A stretch of 64,000 bases of DNA, from NCBI GenBank assembly GCA_964247055.1, contig OZ176057.1, positions 372,001 to 436,000 of the forward strand. Reading direction: 5' to 3'. Below the pieces are notes generated by a model. The model searched no databases. It was not told where the DNA came from and saw only the letters and a list, made by a program, of their open reading frames with translations. The stretch is from Paragordius varius (Eukaryota; Animalia; Nematomorpha). Position numbers and translations under genes: made by a program. Positions 1 through 13,200 of this stretch are shown piece by piece (position 1 is the first letter of the stretch; each line of letters begins with the position of its first letter).

Positions 1-837
1 AGAATATGTTGAAAAAGTTAGTTTTTCGATATTATACGTTTTACATTCTTGAGTAAATATTTGGACAAATTAGAATTTTTATTGATCACTTCTATCATAA
101 TGCGAAAAAATTTGTTATAATCACGGCATCAAGCATTTCATATCTCAAATTTATGAATATGATGACATAACGCAATCATTTTGTTGGCTAAATATTATAA
201 ATTAGATTCCCTGAGCATTTAAAATGTTATAATAAAATTAATGCCACAACAGTTGCCAATAATGTTTAACTCGATATTAAATCCGTCATATTTCCCATTC
301 GTAAGGGTTATAATTAACTTAAACTTCATACGCATATACACTTGAACGCAATCATAAAGGAACAAATTTTATGAACGAGCCAATACGATTAAAAATACGT
401 AATTTATGTTATTTGAGATATAAAAACATTAGGCTTTTACTTTCAGTTAATTAAATGTAAAAAGTTTCTTGGTTTTTTAAAAATTTTAAAACTTATTATT
501 TGCACAACAAAATGTTTTAAACTAATTATCTTTAAATTATAAAATGTCTTATTAAAATAACGGAGACTGCCTAAAAACAACAATTTATTGAAAAACCCAG
601 TAGCCCTTATAATAACTTTTAAAGTATGTAAAAGAAGCTAATATACTTCCCAAAATTCATAACAACCCATTTTTATTAGTATAAAGGTAGTAACGAAAAT
701 TAAAAACAATAAATCCTACAGTCGTTTTATATAAACATATTTAATCGTAAATAAAGATAATGCAACAAAATATTAATTTCAAATTTTATTCACAGAAAAT
801 CCAATCCAGATATTTATGCAAAATGAAACATTTTACT

Positions 838-1638
838 TTAAATTATCAAAAAGGAAAACTTACGCCAAGGCGGTCTTTCAAAACTTGTTGGTTCATCTAG
901 AGCTGTGTCAGAGGGAGATTTGTCTTGCGAAGATGGCCGCAACCCCCAACCCCCGACTGTGCTTCCCAAAGATAGACCTCGGGCTTCAAAATTAAAGTTT
1001 TCATGTTTGCTAATTTGTCCGTCATTCTTTTCTTCGCTGAACCCTAACTGCGCCGCAGGTTTGGGATTTGGTTGATCAACACTTTTTTCCTTTCGGGAAT
1101 GTTTGTTTTCTTCCTTGACTTTCGCAACTATTTCTCGTTCCGGAACTGGCCGAGTCGGAGTCGGCTGAGAGCGGTTGAAGTTGGAAACAGAACCACTGAA
1201 AGCTCCAAAAGCCCCAAAAGAAGCGAAATTACGAAAGGCCGCTAAAGGTCTATTGAAGCGTGATGTGACATCATCTATTTGCCATCCTATCTTCAATTTT
1301 TTGTTGTGTTTTGAATGTGGAGTTGATGCAGGTTGAACCGGTTTCGTTGGCAGTGGATACGAGTTTATTGTATATTTTTTAATCTGATTTATCCTTTCTA
1401 AAACATTGGAATGAGCATTTCTAGTTTGAGGTGAGTTGCTTATGTTTAGCCGATTGCGACCCTTGGTATTATAATATTTTATGAAAAATGATAATTTAAA
1501 TAATAATTGTTTAAAATTTACTTGAGTGTTCGTATGTATTGCTGTTGAACCAAATATGGGGGAATTTTGGATACCATTGGAAAATTGACCAATAATGAGT
1601 GGTAGGAATGCGATATGGCAAACGATGAATATGTACAT
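838..1638 (-). CDS. Orphan putative secreted protein, 266 aa as an unspliced ORF; the 3' end may be spliced
   Basis: 801-nt ATG-initiated ORF that is clearly more GC-rich than its flanks. The hydrophobic N-terminus MYIFIVCHIAFLPLIIG|QF looks like a signal peptide; the rest is S/P/K/N-rich and low-complexity. AATAAA lies on the minus strand at 785-790. A strong donor (C|GTAAGT) at 863 could replace the last ~8 codons. No family recognised. Confidence 0.7.
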   Translation of the reverse strand: MYIFIVCHIAFLPLIIGQFSNGIQNSPIFGSTAIHTNTQVNFKQLLFKLSFFIKYYNTKGRNRLNISNSPQTRNAHSNVLERINQIKKYTINSYPLPTKPVQPASTPHSKHNKKLKIGWQIDDVTSRFNRPLAAFRNFASFGAFGAFSGSVSNFNRSQPTPTRPVPEREIVAKVKEENKHSRKEKSVDQPNPKPAAQLGFSEEKNDGQISKHENFNFEARGLSLGSTVGGWGLRPSSQDKSPSDTALDEPTSFERPPWRKFSFLII

Positions 1639-1692
1639 TTTGAGAATATTAATAACACAATTTTGATGAAATAATAAATTGGATTAATCCTT

Positions 1693-1714
1693 GGGCGGAC
1701 CTGCGTGGGGCGGG
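1693..1714. promoter_or_regulatory. Two GC boxes (Sp/KLF-like) upstream of the orphan ORF
   Basis: GGGCGG at 1693-1698 and GGGGCGGG at 1707-1714, 55-76 nt upstream of the ATG at 1638. A third CCGCCC lies at 1940-1945. These motifs are rare in this AT-rich background. Confidence 0.35.
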
Positions 1715-4694
1715 AAGGATTAAAAAAGGCCAGAAAAATTTGATAAAAATTGGGTGCAATTTATGAGCTGGACGTGATTGATAACATTGTTATGTTTTTC
1801 ATTGTAAAAGAAGCGAGACCATGTATGGTGATAAAATGTCAAGAATGGAAAACTTAATATATTTAATATAGCATATTTACTTTGCAACACAAATTTTTTT
1901 AAAAAACAAATTTTTAATTGTTTTTACAAAATTTATTGTCCGCCCTTTTAATGGCGGAGATAAATGAAATTACATTTGCATTCTGCTACAATTATTAGTT
2001 AAAGAATTGGGTTTTGGGAGATTTATTTTAATAACTAGTCGATTCAAACACACATAGATATATATACAAAATTTTATGAAAATAAATTAAACAATAGCAG
2101 GAGCGATATATACTTTTAAATTTGGAAAACAAAAGAAACATAGGAAGTTCTCAATTACTAAATTTGATAGTTAACTGGTTAAGAAAAATGAATGATATTG
2201 CGTGCATCATTATCTCTAAAAAAACTCTTCTATAAAAAATATATTTTAGACGAATATCTTATATATGCACATTGCTGAATTTTGTTCAATATTGCTAAAT
2301 CACTCTGAATTAATACATTAATCAATTAAATAATCATGTAAGCATTTCTTTGATTTTGATATATACATATTTTTCTACCATGATAATAAAGAACAAAAGA
2401 GAAAGAAACATTGTTTCTTGCGGTGACCCAATTTCAATTCCAATTTACCTTTTAAAGAAAACATCAAAACTTTTTTATATGATAGTGTATCATTCGCACA
2501 ACGAAAAAGTAAAAAAGAATGCAAAAAAAATCAATTAATTTTAATTTAAATTAGTTTGTGTGTGTGACTCCCTAAAAATTAATTTTTACAAATAAACCTT
2601 GAAATAGTGCCTATATCAGCAGGTTAAGGTTTCAATTTTATAACAAAAAAACTAACGGTTAATTAACTCTAAAATCATTAATGAAGAATTAGCGGTTAAA
2701 ATGGAATTTAACATTTCTATATATGTTTGTGCACAGAAACATTTAAAGATGATTTTGATATAACGATTTAACCTTCAAGTCTTTAAAAATGTTTTCATTA
2801 AGCAACGTTTAAAAATATAGATAATAAGAAAGATATTTTTGATATTTAAGACAGATAGGCGTAATTCAAATAAATTTACATTAATATTATGTAATTTAGT
2901 GTGTTAATATTTTAAAAATATATAATTAGCTTTTAACAAAGTTCTGTACCATATCGCCAAATTTTTATATCTAAATAAATGCCGCAACCAAAGTGGGATG
3001 TAGAGAAAAAAATATACCTTTATAGTTACAGTATAAATTGAAATTATACAGACAATGCGTAAAAGCTTTAAACAATTAATTTTTCCAAAAAAACTACCAT
3101 ACTATTTGTATCATTGTTTACATAAAAATTATTATTTGCAATTTTGAAACATGTAATTTAGTGTGCTACCAATTTACATCTCCATTACATACTTTGCCAT
3201 TTAACATAAATCAAGTTAGTAGAACGGTCTTTTGATAAATTGTCTTGGTATTTTTAAATTTGTTAGTTTAATATTAATTTTTATTGTGTTTCAATTATCG
3301 AAAAAATGACAGTTTTTATCTTTAATTGCTGCTCTTTATAAAACCTGGTTTACTTTTTCTGTAAAGGCCTTTTTAGATAACCAAAATTTAATTATTGAAA
3401 TTTTTAATTGAATTGTCTAATTTCAATCGCTCCCTATTTCGCAATTCAAGAATTATGTTAAATAAATGAAGATTATAAAGACTTCGGCTGTCTTTGTGAT
3501 TTTTATGTGTTGGTAATTTTGAAATTAACTTCGCTTCAGTTTTTTATATATAAAATAATATTGGTCAGAACGAAAATGAAAAACTGGCACATAATAAACG
3601 ACATTGTCTGTTTTTGTAAATCTCTATGGATTTCTATTGCTGAATAATAAAATTAAACATGAAACCGGTGTTGATTTCATAATAAATTGTCAGACATATA
3701 TTTAAAGGTTTTATTGCAAAATTAACCTGTTTTATAAAGGAAAAAAATTGGGACTTTTGGAGCCCAATTTAATTATATTTTTTGGAAATATTGTTTTGCT
3801 TTTTATAAGTAGTTTATTATAGATTTTAGTGATATTTTTGAAATGAAGCATTTAGTTTAGCATCAAAAAAAGTATTACAAAAAATGTCCTCAAATTTTGA
3901 CATATGGACTTATTACAAAAGAGTAAATAACTTTCTTATATCACTCGTAAGTCCTTAAACCAAAAGCACCATGAGATTTGTGATACATTTTTCTTTCGAA
4001 ATATACATATTTTATCATGATAATTTTTGGATTCTATGTATAGAGTGCTCTTAATATATTCCCTATAAAAAGATTTAAATCTTATATAAAAAGGAAATTT
4101 TTGATAATTTGCACCCAACCTAGTTAGAGTTTAATTTTTACACAATATATATTATAAATTTTCCATACTAATAGAAGCAAAAATCTATCATCTCATAGTT
4201 TTGATTAATTTTTTCGGGAAATTTTGATTATATATTTTTGCGCTATTTTGGCTTTTTATATCGGAAATTAAAATATCATAAACTGTATTCAAAAAGTCAA
4301 AATTTGATAGAATTCTATTATCATGTGTCTTAAAGTATTTTTGACCCCCTCTAAAATGAGCTTGCCTAATAAATTCAAAAAGTTCGGATTATATAAGAAG
4401 TTTTAATCTAGATTACTCTGCGCATATCAGGATCTTATAGTTTTGGGGCTTACTAGTGGCTATGAGGTATTTGCCTGATATAATATCGCAAAATTAGATC
4501 ACACCCAATAGTCCGAAATCAGATGGAAAATCGTTATGAAGAATATTTTTATGGATAAATGTATCAGAATGATGCTTTTGGTTTAGTGGCCTACTGACTT
4601 AAGAATATTTGCTTCGTAAAAAATTAGCGTACAACATTTTAATTTTTTTGGTAAAAGTTGAATGCTTTATCATAAACAATATCATTCAAAGGTA

Positions 4695-4696
<2 letters not shown>

Positions 4697-4746
<50 letters not shown>
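4697..4746. repeat. (AT)n microsatellite, ~25 units
   Basis: Pure AT dinucleotide run seen directly. Confidence 0.98.
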
Positions 4747-4749
<3 letters not shown>

Positions 4750-5652
4750 ACACCTCATTCATTTTGGGGCAGTTTCTAGTAAAAACTAGTGTTTTAGTTA
4801 TGGTTTGATTATCAAATCCTATTCTTCTGTAATAGGTTAAAAACTGATAACTTTTGCAGTTTTTTGTATAGAGTCCCAGGATTGCCACATGATAAAAGCT
4901 AACAGCTATGTGGAGATCAATAAATGTCAAAAACTTGCTGGATTCGTAATCAAAGCCTTTTAAATTAATTAATTAATTAATTATATTTTTAAACCATATA
5001 CATTTAATACCTCTTTCATCGAATGGTGGCGAAAAGGTTATTAGTTTTTTTTAACATTTTGAGGTTTAGGGGGAGTTTATATCCCAGAGCGATTTTAAAT
5101 TCAAATATCAAATATGTATGTAAGGTATTAGCCCGAATTTCAGACTTCAATACCCCTTTGGGTAATTATATATCCCGAGCGATTAAAAGCTTAAATATGT
5201 TAGAGAGCCAATATTAAAAATTGGCTCTCTTTTGCCTTTTATGAAATTGATATTAAAAAAATATTTTAATATAACGCCATTTTTTTATTTTTTTTTAAAT
5301 CGCTGATACAATAATTAAATTATTGTTAAAAATTGTAAATATTAGGAAAAGTTACATTTTACCAGCCAAAACTGTTATTGATTTTTAATCACCTGTTTAT
5401 TTAGGTTTTGGAGCTGTCCCAATTTTAGGCTCTAAATGTCATATCACTGTTATTAATATAAGCTCCCCTATCATTATAGGTGAACATTGTTTAATATTTA
5501 AATTTTTAAAAAAATAAAAACAAGTAGTTTATTTACCATGACCTCTGGGATAAAAAACTCCCACAATACAAAGGACTAAACAGGAAAAGATAATGAATTG
5601 TTAGATTGAAAGAAACAGCTCCAATTTAAATTTATGATTATATCCTAATTAA

Positions 5653-6229
5653 CACTTCAATTCAAATTGGGGTATCTAAATACCCCAGGCTAAATTTAAA
5701 TTAATATTTTTAAAAAACCACTGAAGGAAATGGTCCCATTTTAAATTTATGCTTCTATCCTGATAAAAATTATATAAATATGACAAAATATCTTGACAAA
5801 ATTTTGTTTTGAACAAAAAGTTCCATCTCAAACTACTTCGACGTTATTTTTATTTTGCAAAATTTTTGCAATATATCGTCTTATTATAATTTTAAGGGTA
5901 AAATTAAAGGTAATTTTTTATTTAAATTACATCTAACTTTGATTGAAAAAGAAAAAGCGGTTTATTTTGTATTATTTTTTAATTTTACCATTTCACACAT
6001 GTCACGTTGACGAAAGTACAACCTTTCGGTTTTGGCTTAAAATAAATATCAAGTATTTTTGAAAAATTTTTTATATATTTGGTTTTATTAATGTTATATA
6101 AGTGCAATATTTTGCCATGGTTTCGATTCCTTCCATACTTTTTAGAGTATTTGATTTTAAACAGGCCTGGGGTATCCAATTACTTCAATTTGAATCGAAG
6201 GACTAAAATGAATGTGTTGTATCCAAGTG
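5653..6229 (+). mobile_element. piggyBac-like MITE, copy 1
   Basis: TTAA at 5649-5652 and 6230-6233; ends CACTT...AAGTG. Subterminal CTTCGATTCAAATTGGGGTA..TACCCCAG inverted repeat is flush at one end and offset ~27 nt at the other, the asymmetry typical of piggyBac. Non-coding, with several further copies in the window. Confidence 0.75.
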
Positions 6230-6570
6230 TTAAAATTGTATAAACGAGAAATCTTAATAAATTTAGTTTTAAAAAGTTTCATATTTTGCAAAATATCGTT
6301 AGAATCTACGATAAAAATAAAACTATAAATTTTTAATCACATCTAACATTGATAGAAACAGACAAAATGTTTTTTCATTATTTTATATTTATCTAATAAT
6401 TACAAATCATGACCAAATTTATACCTTAATTATCCATAAAATAATATAAATTTTTTTTATATTTCCGTCCATCCATGTTATATATGTGTAAACTTTTGTT
6501 ACGCTTTAAATGGTTCCAATTTAAAAATATTTGATTTTGAACACATCGGTCCCCACAAACCCTAAATTAA

Positions 6571-7168
6571 TACTTAGATATAACACATTCATTTCAGTTC
6601 CTCAATTCGAATTTGGGTAGTTAGATACCCTAGCTCTTGGATATAACACACTGATTTTAGTCCTTCGATTCAAATTGGTTGGATACCCCAGGCCTGGTTA
6701 AAAGCAAAAACTCTAAAAAGTATGGAAGGAATCGAAACCTTGGCAAAATTTTATATAACATTAACAAACCAAAATTTATAAAAAATTTTATTCAAAAATA
6801 CTTGATCTTACTTATTTTAAGCTAAAACCGAAAGGTAAAAATTTTGCCAATGTGACATGTGTCAAATGGTAAAATGAAAAAAAAAATACAAAATAAACTG
6901 TTTTTCTATTTCTATTAATGTTAGATGTAATTTAAATAAAAAATAGGCTTTCGTTTCGCAAAAATTTTGCAAAATAAAAATGGCGTCGGAGTAGTTTGAC
7001 ATGGAACTTTTTTTTCAAAACAAAATTTTATTTAGATATTTTGCCATATTTATATAATTTTGATCAAGATAGAAGCATATTTTTAAATTGAGATCGCTTA
7101 GTAGTTTTTTGAATATCCTAAATTCAAATTTAGTCTAGGGTATTTAATACCCCAATTTGAACGAAATG
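6571..7168 (-). mobile_element. piggyBac-like MITE, copy 2, inverted relative to copy 1, with one end duplicated
   Basis: Reverse-complement match to 5653-6229. TTAA at 6567-6570 and 7169-7172. The terminal ~60 nt occur twice (6571-6632 and ~6636-6700). Ends ~65 nt before the SNRNP27 ATG. Confidence 0.75.
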
Positions 7169-7236
7169 TTAAACCTGTACTAAAATGAATATATCCAAAT
7201 GTTAAATTTATTTTGCGTCTAATTAACATATGACCA

Positions 7237-10200
7237 ATGGTATCACCCTACAGTAATGATATATTTATAAAATTAGGAAGAAGGAGTAGATCCAGATCTC
7301 GGGATCGCTATGGAAGAGATCATCATAGAAAAAGTAATTTTAGTTTGATAGTATAGGAAAAAGTCCATTACGAGAACGGAAACGTTCGAGGTATACTTTT
7401 ATACAATATAGATCTAACGAACGAAAATCCACAAAGAAAAAGCAGACAGAACAAATAAATAACACGCATAGTAAAAAAACTGTGGACATACCCATACCAT
7501 GTATTAAGCGTATTTATATATATATATCTTTATTTTTAGTTAAATATTAATATAATAATAACTTATTTTTAGTTAAGAATATTTAATTCCGAATTTTCAA
7601 AATAATTATATATATTATATATGAGTATTAATGTATAAAAAATCAAATGTTTAAAATTTTTCACACATTAAATAGCGAAATTAATGAAGGTTTTAGTCAA
7701 GTCGTTTAGGTGCAATTTGAAACATAAAATTTTGTGGCTCAACCGGTTTTAAAAAATAATTTTTGTTTTTTTATTTATGAACGCTATTTAAATTCAGATC
7801 TCAGGCTTTATTAGCGCTTTGTTTTATAGTTTTTACCATAAATGTCGCTGATATGTTTCCTCATACTTAGTCTTAATTTTGTTCTGCTCTTTCCATAAAG
7901 TCATACAACTTTTAATATTTCTATCATTAATCTTTTATTTTATACAAAAAAACGTAAAACACTATATTGGTTCTCACAATTTCAATCATTCATGACATAT
8001 TTTTTATGTCCGCGATGTCATATTTGGATTTTTCTATATTCCCGAGGTCAATCTTGAGAAAAACTGCTGTTTTGAATGTAATTTTAGTTGAAATACAATT
8101 TTCAAATGTTCTCCTGTATTAGATAGAAAAGCTTTTATTTTATAGTTTTGCAACTTCTGTCTAAAATTGAGGTAGCTATAAAACATTGAAATAAACAGCT
8201 GATTTCAAAATCAAGGTTTGAGTAATGTTGCTTCAATCTTACGACATAAAAGGGGTTTACATAACCCCTGTCATAAATGAAATAATCTAACATGCACGCA
8301 ATACCAAAGTTTTCTGGAAGAAATATGTACACATTTTATCGAATATTTTTTAGATTTATTTGAGTCATGGAAATCAAAATTTGCATACTTTATGAAATAA
8401 TAAAATCTACCCAATTTTTGAATTCTTTAAATTGGAGGATAAAAAATGATGTGTATATATAACAAATTATTTATGGGTTTTAGAAATTGGAATAATGTCA
8501 TACATTAGTGAAATAAACTTCTTTAAAAATATATTTGGAACACACATTTAAAATCCAAAATTTTTTAGATGGTATGCAATTGATTTAATGAATATTTTAG
8601 ATTTATTTGCTGTCAGGGCAATACGATGGTCTATATAATATTTTGATTAAGCGTATTTATGGTTCATTCCTTAAATGTCCGCCAATTTTTACCCTTTATT
8701 TTAAAAACGCATTTTTTATTACATCCTGATTTTCCAAACATGCAAAACGAGAAAACCAGAATTTTGTTGATCAACGTTTTAGAAAAGATTGAAGAATTTA
8801 TATTTCATAGATATCCTATATTGTATTTCCAAAAAAAAACAAATCCAATCCGAGTCAAGAAAATTGGGACAGCTTTATTTAGAAGTGAAAAAAGAATTGG
8901 ATTATGGCATATCACTAAACCAAATTATTAAAATGTATAATAATATCCAGTACAACTTAAAGAAGAAAGTTCAAAATTCTTATAAAACAGGAAATATTGA
9001 TACTCCGAAATTCTTAGATTATGACAAAAAATTATACTCGCTACTAAATACTCTTCTGGTAGCGAAATAAACGCACTACTAAAACAAGGTTACAATTTCG
9101 ATATAATTGGTATTTTTTATTAAATAATGTATAGACTTAAGTGAAAAAATACTAAGTTTGGATGAGCATCAAAAAATAAGCAAAAAAACATGCGATAGTA
9201 CATCAGATTGTATCTTTGAAGAGGATGGAGAAATTTATGCGGCACTTATATTGAGTATTTAAAAATAAATATGTAGATTTTATGAATAATTGCGTCCCGG
9301 ATATTTTATTCCCAGAAATGTAAAATATTCATTATTATCCACATTTGCTTAAATGTTATGATTAAAATACTTTTTCGATTTAAAAAATTTAAAGGGTATT
9401 TCGATGGTTTATTATATTTCTACATGGGTGCAAATTGCACCCACAATACAAAGCATATTTTATTTTTCTGTCCATATATTTACATCTGAAACCATTTCCA
9501 ACTGATTCATCGGAAATTGATCCATTTGTGGCGAAGTCTCCTACAATAATGGCTTACATAGGATATTATTCGTGTCGCATAGCTTCGGGATATCCCAAAT
9601 AATTGCTGACTCCATGTTAAAATCCCAAATCTGCCAAATATCCTAAAAATATTTCAACATACCGTTTGTACATCTAAAAACATTTTAGTTTTGTGGGTCT
9701 AGTCTTAGATATAGTGGAAATATCTCGTTTGTTATAAAATCAACGGTTTCAGGAGGAACCTTGATAATGATTTGTAATCATTTGGGCTTATTGAGCACCT
9801 GGCTATTATCCTTTTTGTTAATAATCTACGCATTAATTGAATAAAAATTACTGAAAATAATTAATAGCACTTGCGAGCGATTGATTCGATAATATGAGAT
9901 TAATTGTGGTATTACTTAAAATTAAAATTTTTAAAATACTTATTATTTGTAAGAGACCTGATTGTTAAAAAATTTGAGAGAATTGTTGCATTGACAGCTT
10001 TTTTGGAATCTCTTTTAGTAGCGAGATTAATTTATTTTCATAACAAAAAACTTAGAGGAATTTGTGTTTGTTATTGAATTTTCTTAATTTCTTCTTTCTG
10101 CTGTAATTGATATTATTATACATTATGATAATTTGGTTTAATGTTATGTCATAATCCAATTCCTTTTTCACTTCTAAATAAAGCTAGTCCCAATTTTCTT

Positions 10201-13200
10201 TAACTCGGATTGGATTTGTTTTCTTTTTCGAATACAATAGAGGGTATCTATGAAATATAAATTCTTCAAACAAACGTTGATCAACAAATCTCTGGCTCTC
10301 TCGTTTTGCATGTTTGGATGTAAATCAGGATGTTATAAAAAATGGCGTTTTCAAAATGAAGGGTGAAAATTGGCGGACATTTAAGGAATGAACCATAAAT
10401 ATTATGCTTATTCAAAATATTATACAGACCATCGCATTGCCCTGGCAGTTAATAAATCTAAAATATTAAGTTAAATCAATATGCCATCTAAAAATATTTA
10501 TATCACCTTTATACGCTATTTTCTCCTTTCAAAGGAGGTAAGCGTGTTATAGTTTTCCATTTGTTTCTTTCTTGAGCTTGTTCGATATCGATACTGAGGA
10601 AATCTAGGTCTTCTTGAATGGTGGATTGCCAGGTTTTTTTAAGGCCTTCCTTTTTTGTTTTTATTATTGGTTGAATAAGACTGTATGAGCTTTATCCAGT
10701 TTGTGTCTTGCGCTCTGTAGATGTGACCAGCCCAACGCAAACGGTATTCCCGGATAGCTGTATTAATTGGTTTAATTTTTAGAGTTTGATAGGGGCAAAA
10801 TTTGGCTTGGAAATTGTATATGTTGGGGTTATGTGCGAAAAGAATGGCGTTTAGGATCTTTTGTTCACTCTTTTGCAGTTTTAGTAGATTTAATTTAGTC
10901 ATAGGCCATGTTTCCGTACCATATAGTATAGCAGGACGTATAGCCGTCATAAAAATTTTTGCCTTTGAGCTGAGTAAAACGTAATTATTATTTATTATTG
11001 TGCGCAGAGTATGATACTTTTTCCAGGCGGCTTTGATTCTATGCGATAAGGCCGATTCTATACCACCACCAGCATCTAAAGTATCGCCTAGGTATGTAAA
11101 TTTGTCGACAATTTCGAATAAAATGGAGGATTCGGGGATTCTATGGTTAATGTATTGGTTGTACTGCACGGGGACAGATAAGGTTTTTATTATCATATAA
11201 ACTTTTTAAAGTGGAGCATTTTTTATGTACCCACTTTAAACATTTGTTACACTTTATTGAGTTTGACTTTACATTTAATGAGCACACGGAGCAGGGCCAT
11301 TTTATTGTCCTGTTTTCATCGCACATTAGTTGGGTCTTAGATGTATTTACCTTCAAACCGAATTTACTTAGGGTATCCTTCCATAAATTTAACTTTTCCA
11401 TTAATTCCGTTGCAGATGTGGCGCATAATATTAAGTCATCAGCGTACAGAACTTCAAAAGGTAAGCCTTTTCGTATGTCTTTTGTGATTTCCTCCATAAT
11501 TAGGATAAATAAAAGGGGGCTCAATATAGAACCTTGGTGTAGGCCGTTTTCAAGTGGGATGGGGTTCGTATCGCCAACGCTTGTGCGGATTACAGTTGAG
11601 GTGTTCTTATATGGTGCTTCTATTATTTGTATCATATTTTCCTCTATACCTTGCCTTCTGAGCGACCAAGAAATCAGGTGTTGCGGGACTGAGTCGAAAA
11701 CCTGTTCCATGTCTACAAACGCATAGTGGGGAGGAAGATTTCTCAGGTGAGCATTTTGTAATTGGCGGATTATAAATATTGCATCTATAATAACCTTGTT
11801 TTTTGAAAATCCAAATTGCATAGAATCTATGCTGCAGTGTTGACGGATTCTGTTGGCTATCAAATTTTCAAAGATTTTAAAACCATGTTCTAAGATGCGT
11901 ATGGGACGAAAGTTGGAAACGTTAAAACGATCACCTCTGCCCTTATAAATTGGGATTGTATAGCTTTTCAGCCAATCAGGGGGTATGATATTATTAAATG
12001 CTATGTTGTTCGCAAGATTTTTGAAATAATCCAAAAATAAATTATGATCTAGGGCTTTGAATACATCATTTGTGATTTCTGATAAACCTGGGCATTTATT
12101 ACTTTTTAAATTCTTTAAACAAAATTTTATAAATGGTTGAAATGAAGAATATGTTGGGTGATGGTTCGTGATTTCCATAGGTATTTTAGGTTTATTAAAA
12201 ATATTAAAAAAGTGGTTATACCATGTGGCTTTTATAACTTGGGCGTCGTGGGTTATAGTATTATCGGGTAATCTAATTGCATTTGTTTCGGCCCTTATAC
12301 TATTATCATATTTTACCCATCTATATGCAGATTGGGAAGATATGGCTTTTTCTAGTTCTTGCCCTTTTTCTTCACCCATTTTTCTCATCGATGCTCTGAT
12401 CGCTTTACGGCAATCTTTCTTTGTTTGGATATTATTTTGCTGTCAGCACTTTTTTCTTTTTTCCATTTTTGGAAAAAGCAGATTTCTTTTTCTTAATTAT
12501 ATCTATCAAGGATATTTGCCACCACCATTTAAATGCTTTTTTATTATCAGATTTCATTCTGCCAACATTCTTCTCTAGTGATTCAATGCAGCTATATTTA
12601 AAGGAATTTCAGAGGTGTTCCGGAGAGGTTGTTTTTAATTTAAGGGAGCTTTCCGTGTCCAGTTTCAATCTATTATTGATATTATTATCGACTAATTTTT
12701 TATATCTAATTTAGGTTTATTTTGTCCAATGGGTGATTGCGTTGATGTAGATTTATATAATTCAGCAATAATGAGTTTGTGCTGTAGTTCTAAAGCGGGG
12801 ATAGATCTAATATTTTTAAATGAGATTTTCTTCTTTTCTTGACATAATTATGTCAATCATCGAGCGATTTGTGCTGGATATATAGGTTAGCAAGTTATTA
12901 TCATTTTTTTTAAAAAAGGTATTAATGATGGATAAATTATTATTACTTGCGAAATCTAATAATATTTTACCATTTTCATTTAAATCATCCATTCCAAAAC
13001 CACCATGTACTGAATGTAAAGATTCTTTACCGAAGTGAGAGTTTAGGTCACCCCCGATAAATATGAAATCAGTGTGTGGAATAGCAGTGACTTTTTCATA
13101 TAAAGCCAACCAGAATAAATCCTTACAGTCTGAATCACAATTGATTTGTGGGGCGTACACGGATAAAATATGATAGATTTTTTTGTTGAGTTGAATTTTT

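Noticed and set aside
2350-2538. Short ORF and the many other 60-130 aa K/I/F/N-rich ORFs in the track
   Set aside because: Composition is what AT-rich non-coding or MITE DNA produces; no motifs or consistent splice structure.
4682-4930. 82-aa ORF with an IYIYIY tract
   Set aside because: Created by the (AT)n microsatellite; no other coding signal.
10802-12714. Plus-strand ORFs 10802-10984, 11211-11726, 12168-12578 and 12421-12714
   Set aside because: Antisense shadows of the LINE coding region.
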